From contig OZ024752.1 in the NCBI GenBank assembly GCA_964016885.1, positions 8,060,001 through 8,124,000 on the forward strand: 64,000 nucleotides of DNA, in the 5' to 3' direction. Below the pieces are notes generated by a model that made no database searches, was not told the origin of the DNA, and worked only from the letters and a program-made list of their open reading frames with translations. Of this stretch, positions 1 through 12,530 are shown one piece after another; positions within the stretch are counted from its first letter, which is position 1, and each line of letters begins with the position of its first letter. This DNA is from Eledone cirrhosa (taxonomy: Eukaryota). The translations under genes and the position numbers were made by a program.

Positions 1-550
1 AAATGAAGTTATAATAGTGACCAGATTGAGTGCAATGATGTAGCGAGCCCGGCTTCAGTCAATTATAGATCTGACCATCTGACCTGCCAACAACACCACT
101 ACCATCTCAGTCAAGACAAACAGGAAATAGACAATTAAACATGACTAATAACATCTGACGCTAACAAAAGAAGGGGAAGGTGAAAGACTGGGGTGGCAGC
201 TATTAATTACCCTGCTGTGTAGAAATATTATCAAATTTTTTAGGGTTTTAAGTACTTTAGTGTCACCCCTTACCAAGCAAGTGGAACAACCCATGTAACA
301 TTCCCAGTTCTGTATGATGATGCACTCTCCAACTCTAGGCATGGGTTGGAAAGGTTTTCCAATGCTCATGTTTTACAGCCAGATGTACTTCCTACTGTCA
401 ACCTTTTTCAGTTGCCTGCTCTTATGACATACAGGGATCAAGTGCACCTATTCTAAAACCAGGATCACTCTGCCCTGAGTCACTCTCCCTTTGATGTTAC
501 TCCCAACAACCAAGTCTCAACTCACCACAGAAATATCATTATATATCTCA

Positions 551-615
551 GTTTGAACAGAAATAGGTGAGAGAATTCTGGCCGGATATGGCTGGTTTAA
601 ATGCTAAGGGATTAA
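551..615 (-). mobile_element. Fragment of piggyBac-like MITE family A (left end)
   Basis: Reverse complement matches the family left end (TTAA)CCCTTTAGCATTTAAACCGGCCATATCCGGCCAGAATTCTCTCACC seen in full copies. Confidence 0.75.
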
Positions 616-625
616 AGGGGCTTGT

Positions 626-803
626 ATATATCTGTTGTTGCACCTCACACCTATGTAGAGCTGGCCTCCCTCCTACAAGGTTGCACCTGTATATCTGTTG
701 TTGCACCTCACACCTATGTAGAGCTGGCCTCCCTCCTACAAGGTTGCACCTGTTTATCTGTTGTTGCACCTCACACCTATGTAGAGCTGGCCTCCCTCCT
801 ACA
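626..803. repeat. 60-bp minisatellite, about 3 copies
   Basis: Unit TATATCTGTTGTTGCACCTCACACCTATGTAGAGCTGGCCTCCCTCCTACAAGGTTGCACCTG region recurs at 60-bp spacing. Confidence 0.95.
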
Positions 804-811
804 AAGTAACC

Positions 812-966
812 TGACCCCAGTACATTACTGGTACTTTATTTTATCCCGTAAGGATGAAAGGCAAAGTTAACCGTGGCAAGATTTGAACTCAGAACATAAA
901 GGGCTGTAACCCTATGCTGCAAAGCACAGCACCTGACCCTCTACCAATACTGCCAATCCACCGCCC
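812..966 (-). mobile_element. tRNA-derived SINE family A
   Basis: Minus strand has A-box-like TGGCAGTATTGGT, B-box GAGTTCAAATC and the family core GTTAACTTTGCCTTTCATCCTTACGGG..ATAAAATAAAGTACCAG. Confidence 0.85.
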
Positions 967-1137
967 TACCAATAACAATAATGGCCGTTGTTAACAATGT
1001 TTGCTGTTATGAAAGTTACCAACTGTTACTCTAGTTTCAGATACCAACCAATTCTCATTGTATAAAGACTTCCTAACCAGAGAGATCAGTTTTCTTGGAT
1101 GAAATTCAATATAAATTGTAGAAATATTGGTAGTAAC

Positions 1138-1239
1138 CTGTGCAATTGATCCAAGGGAAAGTGTTGGAAGCTCTGTCATAATCACGGGATCTGGAGGATG
1201 GCTACCACCTGCTATTGCTTCAGGCATCTTGGAATAATT
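1138..1239 (-). CDS. Candidate 102-bp exon of an unidentified host gene (NYSKMPEAIAGGSHPPDPVIMTELPTLSLGSIAQ; may contain the start Met)
   Basis: Strong acceptor TTCTTGTTTTCATTTCAG, donor CAG|GTTACT (weak), only phase 0 open, non-repetitive sequence; no homology recognised. Confidence 0.5.
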
Positions 1240-1539
1240 CTGAAATGAAAACAAGAAATATTTCAACGATATATTACATCAAAGTAATTTTACTGCTAGA
1301 AGTAGCAGATAAATCAATTTATATCAACAGTGTTCACATATATAAACCCCATACAGTTGAGCTCCTACACTGGATTGGAACGTCTGAGGAAGGAGCCTCG
1401 CAAGGTGGAGTGGCTGTTGCAATGGGTTTCGCTACCCATTGTACACGGTAATGCTTTTGTGGTCTTGTTTGCGTAGCGCAGCCCCGTTACCGCCGTGCCC
1501 TTGGCCAAGAGCCCAATCCCTTCTCCCCATTTTTCTATG

Positions 1540-1730
1540 ACACCAGATCTCTTGCCATCGCACCTTCCATTTCTGTTTTATATATATTTTAAGGGTGGTG
1601 CCCCAGCATGGCCTCAGCCGGGTGGCTGGAACGGTTAAAAGAGTAAAAGAGGATATATTTTCTTATTTTACATTCTATTCTTTCTACTCAACCTAAAGTT
1701 TCTTTTTTTCTTTTCTATTAAATTGTATTT
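1540..1730. repeat. Dispersed repeat similar to 42730-42835, interrupted by a short SINE-tail insert at about 1591-1651
   Basis: TTCCATTTCTGTTTTATATAT|ATTTTCTTATTTTACATTC is contiguous at 42745-42785 but split here by GGTGCCCCAGCATGGCC..AAAAGAG, with TATATTTT on both sides. Confidence 0.5.
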
Positions 1731-1904
1731 ATTTGTCAACTGTCAACGAAAAGTACCTTGATCTTGAGAGGGTTTCTTGTAAATGTAATGAAATGAATTC
1801 TACAGTTGACATCTATGTGGGTTTAGTTAGCTTTATACAACCTCGTAGGAGGTCTGAATACAGCAGATTTCTTCCAGAGAAGGATAGAGAGTGAGAGAGA
1901 GAAG

Positions 1905-2070
1905 GTAAGGAAGAGATATAGAGGAAGAATTAGACTGGTACTTTTTTTTATCGACCTTGAAAGAACGAAAGACAACGTTGACCTCAGAGGGATTTGAAGT
2001 CAGAGAGCCAGAACAAATACCACAAGGTATTCTATGTGACACTCTAACAACTCTACCAATTCATCACCTT
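1905..2070 (-). mobile_element. Diverged SINE family A copy
   Basis: ACTGGTACTTTTTTTTATCGACC..GATTTGAAGTCAGA aligns by eye with family A core and B box. Confidence 0.65.
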
Positions 2071-2177
2071 AGTGTCTAAGAAATACTAAATAACCCCAAT
2101 AACATTTATGATGAAGTAGTCAACACAGTTTGTGTCGACATATTTCATAGGTTTGTTTTTTACATGCTAATACCTAT

Positions 2178-2331
2178 TTAAGGTATTGTCCTCAAAATAA
2201 ATAATATCAACCTCAAAATAAGTATCAACATCTCATAGATTTAATATTATGTGAGATAATTATGTGAGGTAAAGTTTTTACTGTGAAAATACAATAGTAA
2301 GTATAGAGTAATGTAAATGGTAAAGGGTTAA
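2178..2331 (+). mobile_element. MITE family A, right portion
   Basis: TAAGGTATTGT..GTAAATGGTAAAGGGTTAA matches family right end. Confidence 0.8.
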
Positions 2332-2504
2332 ATAGGTTTACTGGCCGACTACAAGTTTAGATCTCATAGGAAGTTTCTTGGGTGTTTTAATGATAGAGAA
2401 CTCAATCCTATCATGAAAAGCAACATGAAATGAAGCAACTTGCTCAAGAATGCAATACCTCACCCAGTTCAGGAATTTTACCCATGACCTTATGATTACA
2501 AAAC

Positions 2505-2640
2505 TGTACTAGAACAGACATGTAATGCATATGGGTGAGGATTGTTGGGTGAAGAAGTGCTGGGGGTTGTAAGTGGAAATATGTGGAAGTAATAAACCAA
2601 GGAAGACTTGGGTAGAAGTGGTGAAGATGATCTCAGGATG
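2505..2640 (+). mobile_element. RTE-clade LINE 3' ORF relic
   Basis: Degenerate VKKC..KPRKTWVEVV motif matching the GRPRKTW C-terminal motif of RTE ORFs. Confidence 0.6.
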
Positions 2641-3041
2641 TTGTGCAAGAGAGGACACGTCTAACTCACACAACAACGGAAAAGATAATATAAAAATTAT
2701 GATGGATTCACTGAAGTGGAACAAAGACAAACTTCCCTGCAGAGCTTCATATTCCATCTTTAACAATTTCAACCAGATTTCTAATGAAATACACTGTATA
2801 TTATTTTAAATTAATTTAGAAAATAATTAAGCTGGTGTTTGAAAACATAACTTAAATTTTTCTTAGATATGATTATGACGGAAGGTTCAAATTTAAATAT
2901 AAACACTTTAAAACAGCTTCGTATCATAGAACTGAGAGTGGTCTCCTGCAGTTTGGTATTATAATTGTTAACATTAATTCTGAAGAATTCTTTTACATTT
3001 CCTTTCTTGTCTGTTTTTCTTTTCTTTTTATTCAGAAAACA

Positions 3042-3245
3042 TTAACCCATTAGCATCTAAACCGGGTGTATCTGGCCAGAATTCTCTTATCTCTTTCTGT
3101 TCAAACCGATGTTAAGGTATTGTTCTCAAATTAAATATCAAAATCTCATAGATTTGATATTATGTTAGATTAATTATGTGAGGTAAAACCTTTACCATGA
3201 AAATGCAATAGTATATATAGAGCAATGTAAATGGTAAAGGGTTAA
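3042..3245 (+). mobile_element. piggyBac-like MITE family A, both ends present
   Basis: TTAACCCATTAGCAT...ATGGTAAAGGGTTAA; CCC/GGG termini inside TTAA. Confidence 0.9.
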
Positions 3246-3640
3246 AGAAAACAATTCCTCATAACAGTAAGCTTAAACAGAATGGGCCTCAGTCAGTTTC
3301 AATGATGAGTATTTCAGTTGTTCAACAAATGACTCATGAAATTAACACGTAACAGATTCTACAAGCAGGTGTAACTTTAAAATAATTCTGAGAGAGATTC
3401 AGTGTGACAATTACAAGTACATTCCATCTGATGGGCTTCCAAATAGTTTCTGTCAACCCAGTTGCACACGCAACAGATAAGTCAACCCAAGGCTATGAAA
3501 AAAAAAAATGAAGATACCATAGAGTGGGATTGAACCCAGGACCTGATGAATGATTACAATCCAAACATCTTAACCATTCAGACATGTTTCCACAAATACA
3601 TCTAAGCTATGGATGTAAAACTGATGATACTGATGGTGAA

Positions 3641-4386
3641 GATGAATAATCACCTTGCAGTTTATGAGGTCACCATGTTAGCAAATGTTGGTATTTCCAG
3701 AAGTCAAGATTTTGAACAGTGTATGGTGAAACCAGTAGAGACAGTTCAATACAACCAGCTGCTACCTAACACAACTTGTTGTCAAGAAATGGTTTTGTTG
3801 AATGTGGTATTGCTTTCACTTTTCTTTAACTTGCTTATCTGTGTGACATAAACATCAATGGTTGTTTATGTAGAGACAGTGTGAAGACGTACATAGTCAA
3901 ACATGCACACACCACACACACATGATGGACTTTGGCATAGTTTCCATCTACCAAATTTCAATCACAAGGCATTGATCAGCTCAAGATGCTACATGTTAAG
4001 ATGGAATCTGATACCATGTAGTTCCAAAGTAATGTTTGTAACTCAACCTCCTACAACTCTAGCACTATGATCTAGAGTAGAGGTCATAAATACTGGAAAC
4101 CAGACTAATATACTCCTACAACTCTAGCACTATGATCTAGAGTAGAGGTCATAAATACTGGAAACCAGGCTAATATACTCCTACAACTCTAGCACTATGA
4201 TCTAGAGTAGAGCTGGAAACCAGACTAATATACTCCTACATTTCTTGACAAGTTGTGTTAGGTAGCAGCTGGTTGTATTGAACTGCCTCTACTGGTTTCA
4301 CCATACACTGTTCAAAATCTTGACTACTGGAAATACCAACATTTGCTAACAAGGTGACCTCATAAACTGCAAGGTGATTATTCATC
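3641..4386. repeat. Long inverted repeat: arms 3641-3791 and 4239-4386
   Basis: Arms are reverse complements with about 3 substitutions and a 3-bp indel; the ORF track shows the same peptide on both strands. Confidence 0.95.
4048..4240. repeat. 66-bp tandem repeat, about 3 copies
   Basis: CTCCTACAACTCTAGCACTATGATCTAGAGTAGAG.. repeated; last copy internally deleted. Confidence 0.95.
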
Positions 4387-4437
4387 AAGTACTGCTTCAA
4401 AAATGCTAGCAAGAAAAATTGGACATAATAAGAACTC

Positions 4438-5208
4438 AATAGCAATGCCATATCAACCTATAACTGCCAATAGCAATGCCATATCAACCTATAACTGCTA
4501 ATAGCAATGTTATCAACCTATAACTGCTAATAGCAATGTTATCAACATATAACTGCCAATAGCAATGCCATATCAACCTATAACTGCTAATAGCAATGTT
4601 ATCAACCTATAACTGCTAATAGCAATGTTATCAACCTATAACTGCCAATAGCAATGCCATATCAACCTATAACTGCTAATAGCAATGTTATCAACCTATA
4701 ACTGCTAATAGCAATGTTATCAACCTATAACTGCCATTAGCAATGCCATATCAACCTATAACTGCCAATAGCAATGCCATATCAACCTATAACTGCTAAT
4801 AGCAATGCCATATCAACCTATAACTGCCAATAGCAATGCCATATCAACCTATAACTGCTAATAGCTATGTTATCAACCTATAACTGTTAATAGCAATGTT
4901 AACCTATAACTGCTAATAGCAATGTTATCAACCTATAACTGCTAATAGTAATGTTATCAACCTATAACTGCCATTAGCAATGCCATATCAACCTATAACT
5001 GCCAATAGCAATGCCATATCAACCTATAACTGCTAATAGCAATGTTATCAACCTATAACTGCCATTAGCAATGCCATATCAACCTGTAACTGCTAATAGC
5101 AATGCCATATCAACCTATAACTGCCAATAGCAATGCCATATCAACCTATAACTGCTAATAGCAATGTTATCAACCTATAACTGCTAATAGCAATGCTGTA
5201 TCAACCTA
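4438..5208. repeat. 29/31-bp minisatellite
   Basis: Alternating ATAGCAATGCCATATCAACCTATAACTGCCA and ATAGCAATGTTATCAACCTATAACTGCTA units, about 25 copies. Confidence 0.97.
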
Positions 5209-5505
5209 AATATAAAGGGCTCATCTATTGTCAGAGTAACAATCACTGCTAGCTTTCACAAAATGTCTGGGTATGTTGGGAATATGAAACCTTAGAAGAG
5301 ATGACAGGGGTTTTCAGAAGGTCACACATGGAAATGCTACATGTAATAGGGTTCAGTAAAGAAATGTTACATGTAATAGGGTTCAGTAAAGAAATGTTAC
5401 ATGTAGAGTAGGGTTCATCAAAGAAATTAGTGAAGAAATCACATGATATCTTAGTTCTGTCTTCCAAAACTTATTCTTCAACCCTTTTCTCCTTATCCCA
5501 GTCTT

Positions 5506-5646
5506 TTAACCCTTTACCATTTACATTATATATATTATTGTATTTTCATGGTAAACACTTTAGAGCAATCAGTTATGGCTGGTTTGAACAGAAAGAGGTG
5601 AGAGAATTCTGGCTGGATACAACCAGTTTAAATGCTAAAAGGTTAA
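5506..5646 (-). mobile_element. MITE family A, internally deleted
   Basis: TTAACCCTTTACCATTTAC...AAATGCTAAAAGGTTAA. Confidence 0.85.
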
Positions 5647-6074
5647 GAAATAATATGGCTGCTGGCAGGAAGGACATCCAGTTGAGCAAACTAGCCAAAT
5701 ATAGAGCAACAAAGACCCTTCAGTTGTGTGAAAGACATAAAAACCTCCCTAGTTGCTGGTGCCTCAATAAAATGCAGCCTGTACACTGTAGAGTGCAGGA
5801 ATGTATGTAAACGAGGTACAGCCTCCAGCACATGAGATATCAATAACTCTGATTAAGTACTGACCTTGTCTGTCTGTAATGACCCTTGCTAGCAGGACAT
5901 TAAATGATGATGATTAGAGTCCAGGACTTGATGTTTGTGTAAATCTAATTAATTTGCTTCCAATGTTACCTCTAATTTCCCACAACCTCTAAACAGAATT
6001 TTGATGTGTGCAGTACCAATACAATGACTGCATGACCACAGACATTAGAAAAAATGTTACCTGCTTCTTCTTCA

Positions 6075-6265
6075 TCATCATTTTATGCCTGGTTTGGATT
6101 GGATGGGTTGTTACAGGCCAAGTCAGTTCAGAATTACTGTTCACCTGAGTCAGGGAATGCCACACTAGGTGTTCTCCTTTTGGCAGTACTTCCATGTCTG
6201 GATGCCCTTCCTAACAACAACCACTTTACCTAATGTACTGGGTGCATTTTGTTGTAACACCAGAC
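6075..6265 (-). mobile_element. RTE-tailed SINE family C, diverged
   Basis: CTGGATGCCCTTCCTAACAACAACCACTTTAC core and (ATC)n tail on the plus strand. Confidence 0.65.
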
Positions 6266-6654
6266 AAGGAAAATTGTCATGTCCTTCACAAAACTAAAAA
6301 GTCATTGTTATCCATGTCACCAAAGCTCTACAGGGGGCATTTTATTGTGGAACCCACACTAGAAAGGACTTGTCCCTTGCAAGGCTAAAGAGCCCTATTC
6401 ACTTCAATGATTTTCATTGTGGAATCGCTGAACTAGTAGGCTTGAGTTAAAATGTTTCAAGGTAACCAGGTTCACAAAAGTTCAACATTACCAGCACTTG
6501 AACTTAAATTTGAAAGCCACTGCAAGCAGCACCTGCATTAAGTGTCTCTTACAATATCCATTTGGCCAGTGATTCTTAAGGTGGGGTACACGTCCCACAG
6601 GGGTGCAATTTGAAAATGATGTTAATGAGAACAAACTTTGGGTTTTATCTTATT

Positions 6655-7192
6655 ACTTTTACACCAAGGCAACTTTGGTACACATTACTGTCAGAAACTC
6701 CTGCCTTACTTCCTCCACATGTTATTGAACATCTGGCACCACCCATGTCAGAAACTTCTGTCTCACCTCCTCCACATGTTATTGTACATCTGGCACCACC
6801 TACACCAAGGTAACTTTGGTACACATTACTGTCAGAAACTACTGTCTCACCTCCACCACATGTAATTGAACATCTGGCACCACCAACACCAAGACAACTT
6901 TGGTACACATTACTGTCAGAAACTACTGTCTCACCTCCCCCCACATGTTATTGAACATCTGGCATCACCCACATCAGAAACTACTGTCTCACCTCCTCCA
7001 CATGTTATTGACCATCTGGCACCACCAACACCAAGACAACTTTGGTACACATTACTGTCAGAAACTCCTGCCTCACCTCCTCCATATGTTATTGTACATC
7101 TGGCACCACCAACACCAAGACAACTTTGGTACACATTACTGTCAGAAACTCCTGCCTCACCTCCTCCATATGTTATTGTACATCTGGCACCA
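6655..7192. repeat. Compound 57/84-bp minisatellite
   Basis: TCAGAAACT..CCTCCACATGTTATTG.ACATCTGGCACCACC with optional ACACCAAGACAACTTTGGTACACATTACTG block, about 7 units. Confidence 0.95.
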
Positions 7193-7992
7193 TCTATATG
7201 ACAATTTTGTTTACACTTTACAGTTGATCATTGCTGTTTCCATATCAAAGCAGAGTATAACAATTTTTGAGATATTGAGGTGGGACATGGTGGCACAAAA
7301 GGTAGGTAAGCACTACATTAGACTGATAAGGAACCAAACTGTTTAGTGTAAGATACATTGGAAGAGCTAGCACTATGATTACCCATAACTACAATGGTCT
7401 GTTTAGATAACTTTTACATTTACAGCCAGACAATACTGAACTGTTTACATACACTTCAAGTAATCATTGTATATAAAGAGAAAAGAAGCCTTACCAAAAG
7501 AATAACAACTTCCTAAACCTCATCCACTTCTCTCGTTATATTACAAATTAACTTTCATGAAATAACGTATTTAATGTATTAATCTGTGATAGAAACTTCA
7601 GAAATTGTTTTTCTTTTGGTAATTAAGAGTTTTACTATCTATATATATAACAAGATTACAAGAGGTAGTCATTAACATTTTACAACTGCTTTTCGGTGCT
7701 GGCATGGGTTGGACAGGTCATTAGGGACCAAATACGTACTTAAAAGAGCTACTCTTGTAAATGAACTAAGGCCTGCATCTTGCTTCGCTTACATATGTTC
7801 CAGTTTTGACATGGCTTATATAGCTAGTTGTTCTTCCTAATATCAACCACGTTTTACAGAATATATTGCGTGTATTATATTGTGGAGCAAGTGCAAGAGA
7901 GGTTGTCATGTCCTTGATAAAACTAGAGCCCTCTTAATCCATATTTTAGCAGGGTTTCTTAACCTTCTTAACCTGTTACTGACTGAATGCCA

Positions 7993-10900
7993 ATGATGCC
8001 ATATATAGGTGTGGAACCTCCAATGAGATCCAACCTTGTATGATGCCATATATAGGTGTGAAACCTCCAATGAGATCCAACCTTGTATGATGCCATATAT
8101 AGGTGTGAAACCTCCAATGAGATCCAACCTTGTATGATGCCATATATAGGTGTGGAACCTCCAATGAGATCCAACCTTGTATGATGCCATATATAGGTGT
8201 GAAACATCCAATGAGATCCAACCTTGTATGATGCCATATATAGGTGTGAAACCTCCAATGAGATACAACCTTGTATGATGCCATATATAGGTGTGAAACC
8301 TCCAATGAGATCCAACCTTGTATGATGCCATATATAGGTGTGAAACCTCCAATGAGATCCAACCTTGTATGATGCCATATATAGGTGTGAAACCTCCAAT
8401 GAGATACAACCTTGTATGATGCCATATATAGGTGTGAAACCTCCAATGAGATCCAACCTTGTATGATGCCATATATAGGTGTGGAACCTCCAATGAGATA
8501 CAACCTTGTATGATGCCATATATAGGTGTGGAACCCCCAATGAGATACAACCTTGTATGATGCCATATATAGGTGTAGAACCTCCAATGAGATACAACCT
8601 TGTATGATGCCATATATAGGTGTGAAACCTCCAATGAGATACAACCTTGTATGATGCCATATATAGGTGTGAAACCTCCAATGAGATCCAACCTTGTATG
8701 ATGCCATATATAGGTGTGAAACCTCCAATGAGATACAACCTTGTATGATGCCATATATAGGTGTGAAACCTCCAATGAGATCCAACCTTGTATGATGCCA
8801 TATATAGGTGTGGAACCTCCAATGAGATACAACCTTGTATGATGCCATGTATAGGTGTGAAACCTCCAATGAGATACAACCTTGTATGATGCCATGTATA
8901 GGTGTGAAACCTCCAATGAGATCCAACCTTGTATGATGCCATATATAGGTGTGGAACCTCCAATGAGATACAACCTTGTATGATGCCATGTATAGGTGTG
9001 AAACCTCCAATGAGATACAACCTTGTATGATGCCATGTATAGGTGTGAAACCTCCAATGAGATACAACCTTGTATGATGCCATATATAGGTGTGAAACCT
9101 CCAATGAGATCCAACCTTGTATGATGCCATGTATAGGTGTGGAACCTCCAATGAGATACAACCTTGTATGATGCCATGTATAGGTGTGGAACCTCCAATG
9201 AGATACAACCTTGTATGATGCCATATATAGGTGTGGAACCTCCAATGAGATACAACCTTGTATGATGTCATATATAGGTGTGAAACCTCCAATGAGATAC
9301 AACCTTGTATGATGCCATATATAGGTGTGAAACCTCCAATGAGATCCAACCTTGTATGATGCCATGTATAGGTGTGAAACCTCCAATGAGATACAACCTT
9401 GTATGATGCCATATATAGGTGTGGAACCTCCAATGAGATCCAACCTTGTATGATGCCATATATAGGTGTGGAACCTCCAATGAGATACAACCTTGTATGA
9501 TGCCATATATAGGTGTGAAACCTCCAATGAGATACAACCTTGTATGATGCCATATATAGGTGTGAAACCTCCAATGAGATACCTTGTATGATGTCATATA
9601 TAGGTGTGAAACCTCCAATGAGATACAACCTTGTATGATGCCATGTATAGGTGTGGAACCTCCAATGAGATACAACCTTGTATGATGTCATATATAGGTG
9701 TGAAACCTCCAATGAGATACAACCTTGTATGATGCCATATATAGGTGTGGAACCTCCAATGAGATACAACCTTGTATGATGCCATATATAGGTGTGAAAC
9801 CTCCAATGAGATACAACCTTGTATGATGTCATATATAGGTGTGAAACCTCCAATGAGATACAACCTTGTATGATGCCATGTATAGGTGTGAAACCTCCAA
9901 TGAGATACAACCTTGTATGATGCCATATATAGGTGTGAAACCTCCAATGAGATACAACCTTGTATGATGCCATATATAGGTGTGAAACCTCCAATGAGAT
10001 ACAACCTTGTATGATGTCATATATAGGTGTGAAACCTCCAATGAGATACAACCTTGTATGATGCCATGTATAGGTGTGGAACCTCCAATGAGATACAACC
10101 TTGTATGATGCCATGTATAGGTGTGGAACCTCCAATGAGATACAACCTTGTATGATGCCATATATAGGTGTGGAACCTCCAATGAGATACAACCTTGTAT
10201 GATGCCATGTATAGGTGTGGAACCTCCAATGAGATACAACCTTGTATGATGCCATATATAGGTGTGAAACCTCCAATGAGATCCAACCTTGTATGATGCC
10301 ATATATAGGTGTGGAACCCCCAATGAGATACAACCTTGTATGATGCCATATATAGGTGTGGAACCCCCAATGAGATACAACCTTGTATGATGCCATATAT
10401 AGGTGTGGAACCTCCAATGAGATACAACCTTGTATGATGCCATGTATAGGTGTGGAACCTCCAATGAGATACAACCTTGTATGATGCCATATATAGGTGT
10501 GGAACCCCCAATGAGATACAACCTTGTATGATGCCATATATAGGTGTAGAACCTCCAATGAGATACAACCTTGTATGATGCCATATATAGGTGTGGAACC
10601 TCCAATGAGATACAACCTTGTATGATGCCATATATAGGTGTGAAACCTCCAATGAGATCCAACCTTGTATGATGCCATATATAGGTGTGAAACCTCCAAT
10701 GAGATACAACCTTGTATGATGCCATATATAGGTGTGAAACCTCCAATGAGATACAACCTTGTATGATGCCATGTATAGGTGTGAAACCTCCAATGAGATA
10801 CAACCTTGTATGATGCCATGTATAGGTGTGAAACCTCCAATGAGATCCAACCTTGTATGATGCCATATATAGGTGTGGAACCTCCAATGAGATACAACCT

Positions 10901-11535
10901 TGTATGATGCCATATATAGGTGTGAAACCTCCAATGAGATCCAACCTTGTATGATGCCATATATAGGTGTGGAACCTCCAATGAGATACAACCTTGTATG
11001 ATGTCATATATAGGTGTGGAACCTCCAATGAGATACAACCTTGTATGATGCCATATATAGGTGTGGAACCTCCAATGAGATACAACCTTGTATGATGCCA
11101 TATATAGGTGTGGAACCTCCAATGAGATACAACCTTGTATGATGCCATATATAGGTGTGGAACCTCCAATGAGATACAACCTTGTATGATGCCATATATA
11201 GGTGTGGAACCTCCAATGAGATACAACCTTGTATGATGTCATATATAGGTGTGGAACCTCCAATGAGATACAACCTTGTATGATGTCATATATAGGTGTG
11301 GAACCTCCAATGAGATACAACCTTGTATGATGTCATATATAGGTGTGGAACCTCCAATGAGATACAACCTTGTATGATGTCATATATAGGTGTGGAACCT
11401 CCAATGAGATACAACCTTGTATGATGTCATATATAGGTGTGGAACCTCCAATGAGATACAACCTTGTATGATGTCATATATAGGTGTGGAACCTCCAATG
11501 AGATACAACCTTGTATGATGCCATATATAGGTGTG
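7993..11535. repeat. 47-bp minisatellite, about 75 copies
   Basis: Unit ATGATGCCATATATAGGTGTGAAACCTCCAATGAGATACAACCTTGT with a few biallelic positions; one 44-bp unit near 9580. Confidence 0.99.
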
Positions 11536-11683
11536 AGCTGTAAATTCCAGTTTCCATTTCACACTATCTGGCCTTATAAATTAATGAAACTGTATTGTGT
11601 TAGTAAAATACATGTAAAAAGCTCCCTGTTGAAGGACTTAACTCTTATGAACCCACCAGCTGTCTGAAACCATCCAATCATTA

Positions 11684-12530
11684 TCATCGTTTAACGTCCA
11701 TTTTCTACACTAGCATGGGTTAGACGGGTTGTCCCATTTGAGGCAAGTTGGGTCAGATGACCATGTCTTATTCATATAGAACTGTTTCTGGCTAGGCTCC
11801 TACAGCTGGATGCCCTTCGGCGTGACACCTACACGACCACTTTACAGTGTGGGCTGGGTGTTTTTTACTGTGACATCTACACGACCTCTTTACAGTGTGG
11901 GCTGGGTGTTTTTTACTGTGACACCTACACGACCACTTTACAGTGAAGGCTGGGTGTTTTTTGTCGTGACACCTACACGACCACTTTACAGTGTGGACTG
12001 GATGTTTTTTGTCTTGACACCTACACGACCACTTTACAGTGTGGACTGGGCGTTTTTTACTGTGACACCTACACGACCACTTTACAGTGAAGGCTGGGTG
12101 TTTTTTACTGTGACACCTACACGACCACTTTACAGTGAAGGCTGGGTGTTTTTTGTCGTGACACCTACACGACCACTTTACAGTGTGGACTGGATGTTTT
12201 TTGTCTTGACACCTACACGACCACTTTACAGTGTGGACTGGGCGTTTTTTACTGTGACACCTACACGACCACTTTACAGTGAAGGCTGGATGTTTTTTTA
12301 CTGTGACACCTACACGACCACTTTACAGTGTGGGCTGGGTGTTTTTTACTGTGACACACCTACACGACCACTTTACAGTGTTGGCTGGGTGTTTTTTGTC
12401 ATGACACCTACATGACCACTTTACAGTGTGGACTGGGTGTTTTTTGTCGTGACACCTACACAACTACTTTACAGTGTGGGCTGGGTGTTTTTTGTCGTGA
12501 CACCTACATGACCACTTTACAGTGTGGGTT
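11684..12530 (-). mobile_element. SINE family C with internal 48-bp unit expanded to about 15 copies (11821-12527)
   Basis: RTE-type tail CATCGTTTAACGTCCA..CTAGCATGGGTT, core CAGCTGGATGCCCTTC, then tandem GTGACACCTACACGACCACTTTACAGTGTGGGCTGGGTGTTTTTTACT. Confidence 0.9.

Noticed and set aside
1-95. Possible next exon after GTTGTTGGCAG on the minus strand
   Set aside because: Stops in all three frames within 10 codons
6567-6612. CAGTGATTCTTAAGGTGGGGTAC hAT-like left end
   Set aside because: No partner TIR or TSD found, so not listed as an element
6610-7346. Mucin-like Pro-rich ORFs from 57/84-bp units
   Set aside because: In-frame stop and a 1-bp insertion break the frame; no convincing splice sites
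7906-11562. ORFs up to 1114 aa on the minus strand
   Set aside because: Read-through of a 47-bp repeat; the same peptide appears in all three frames and has no domain content
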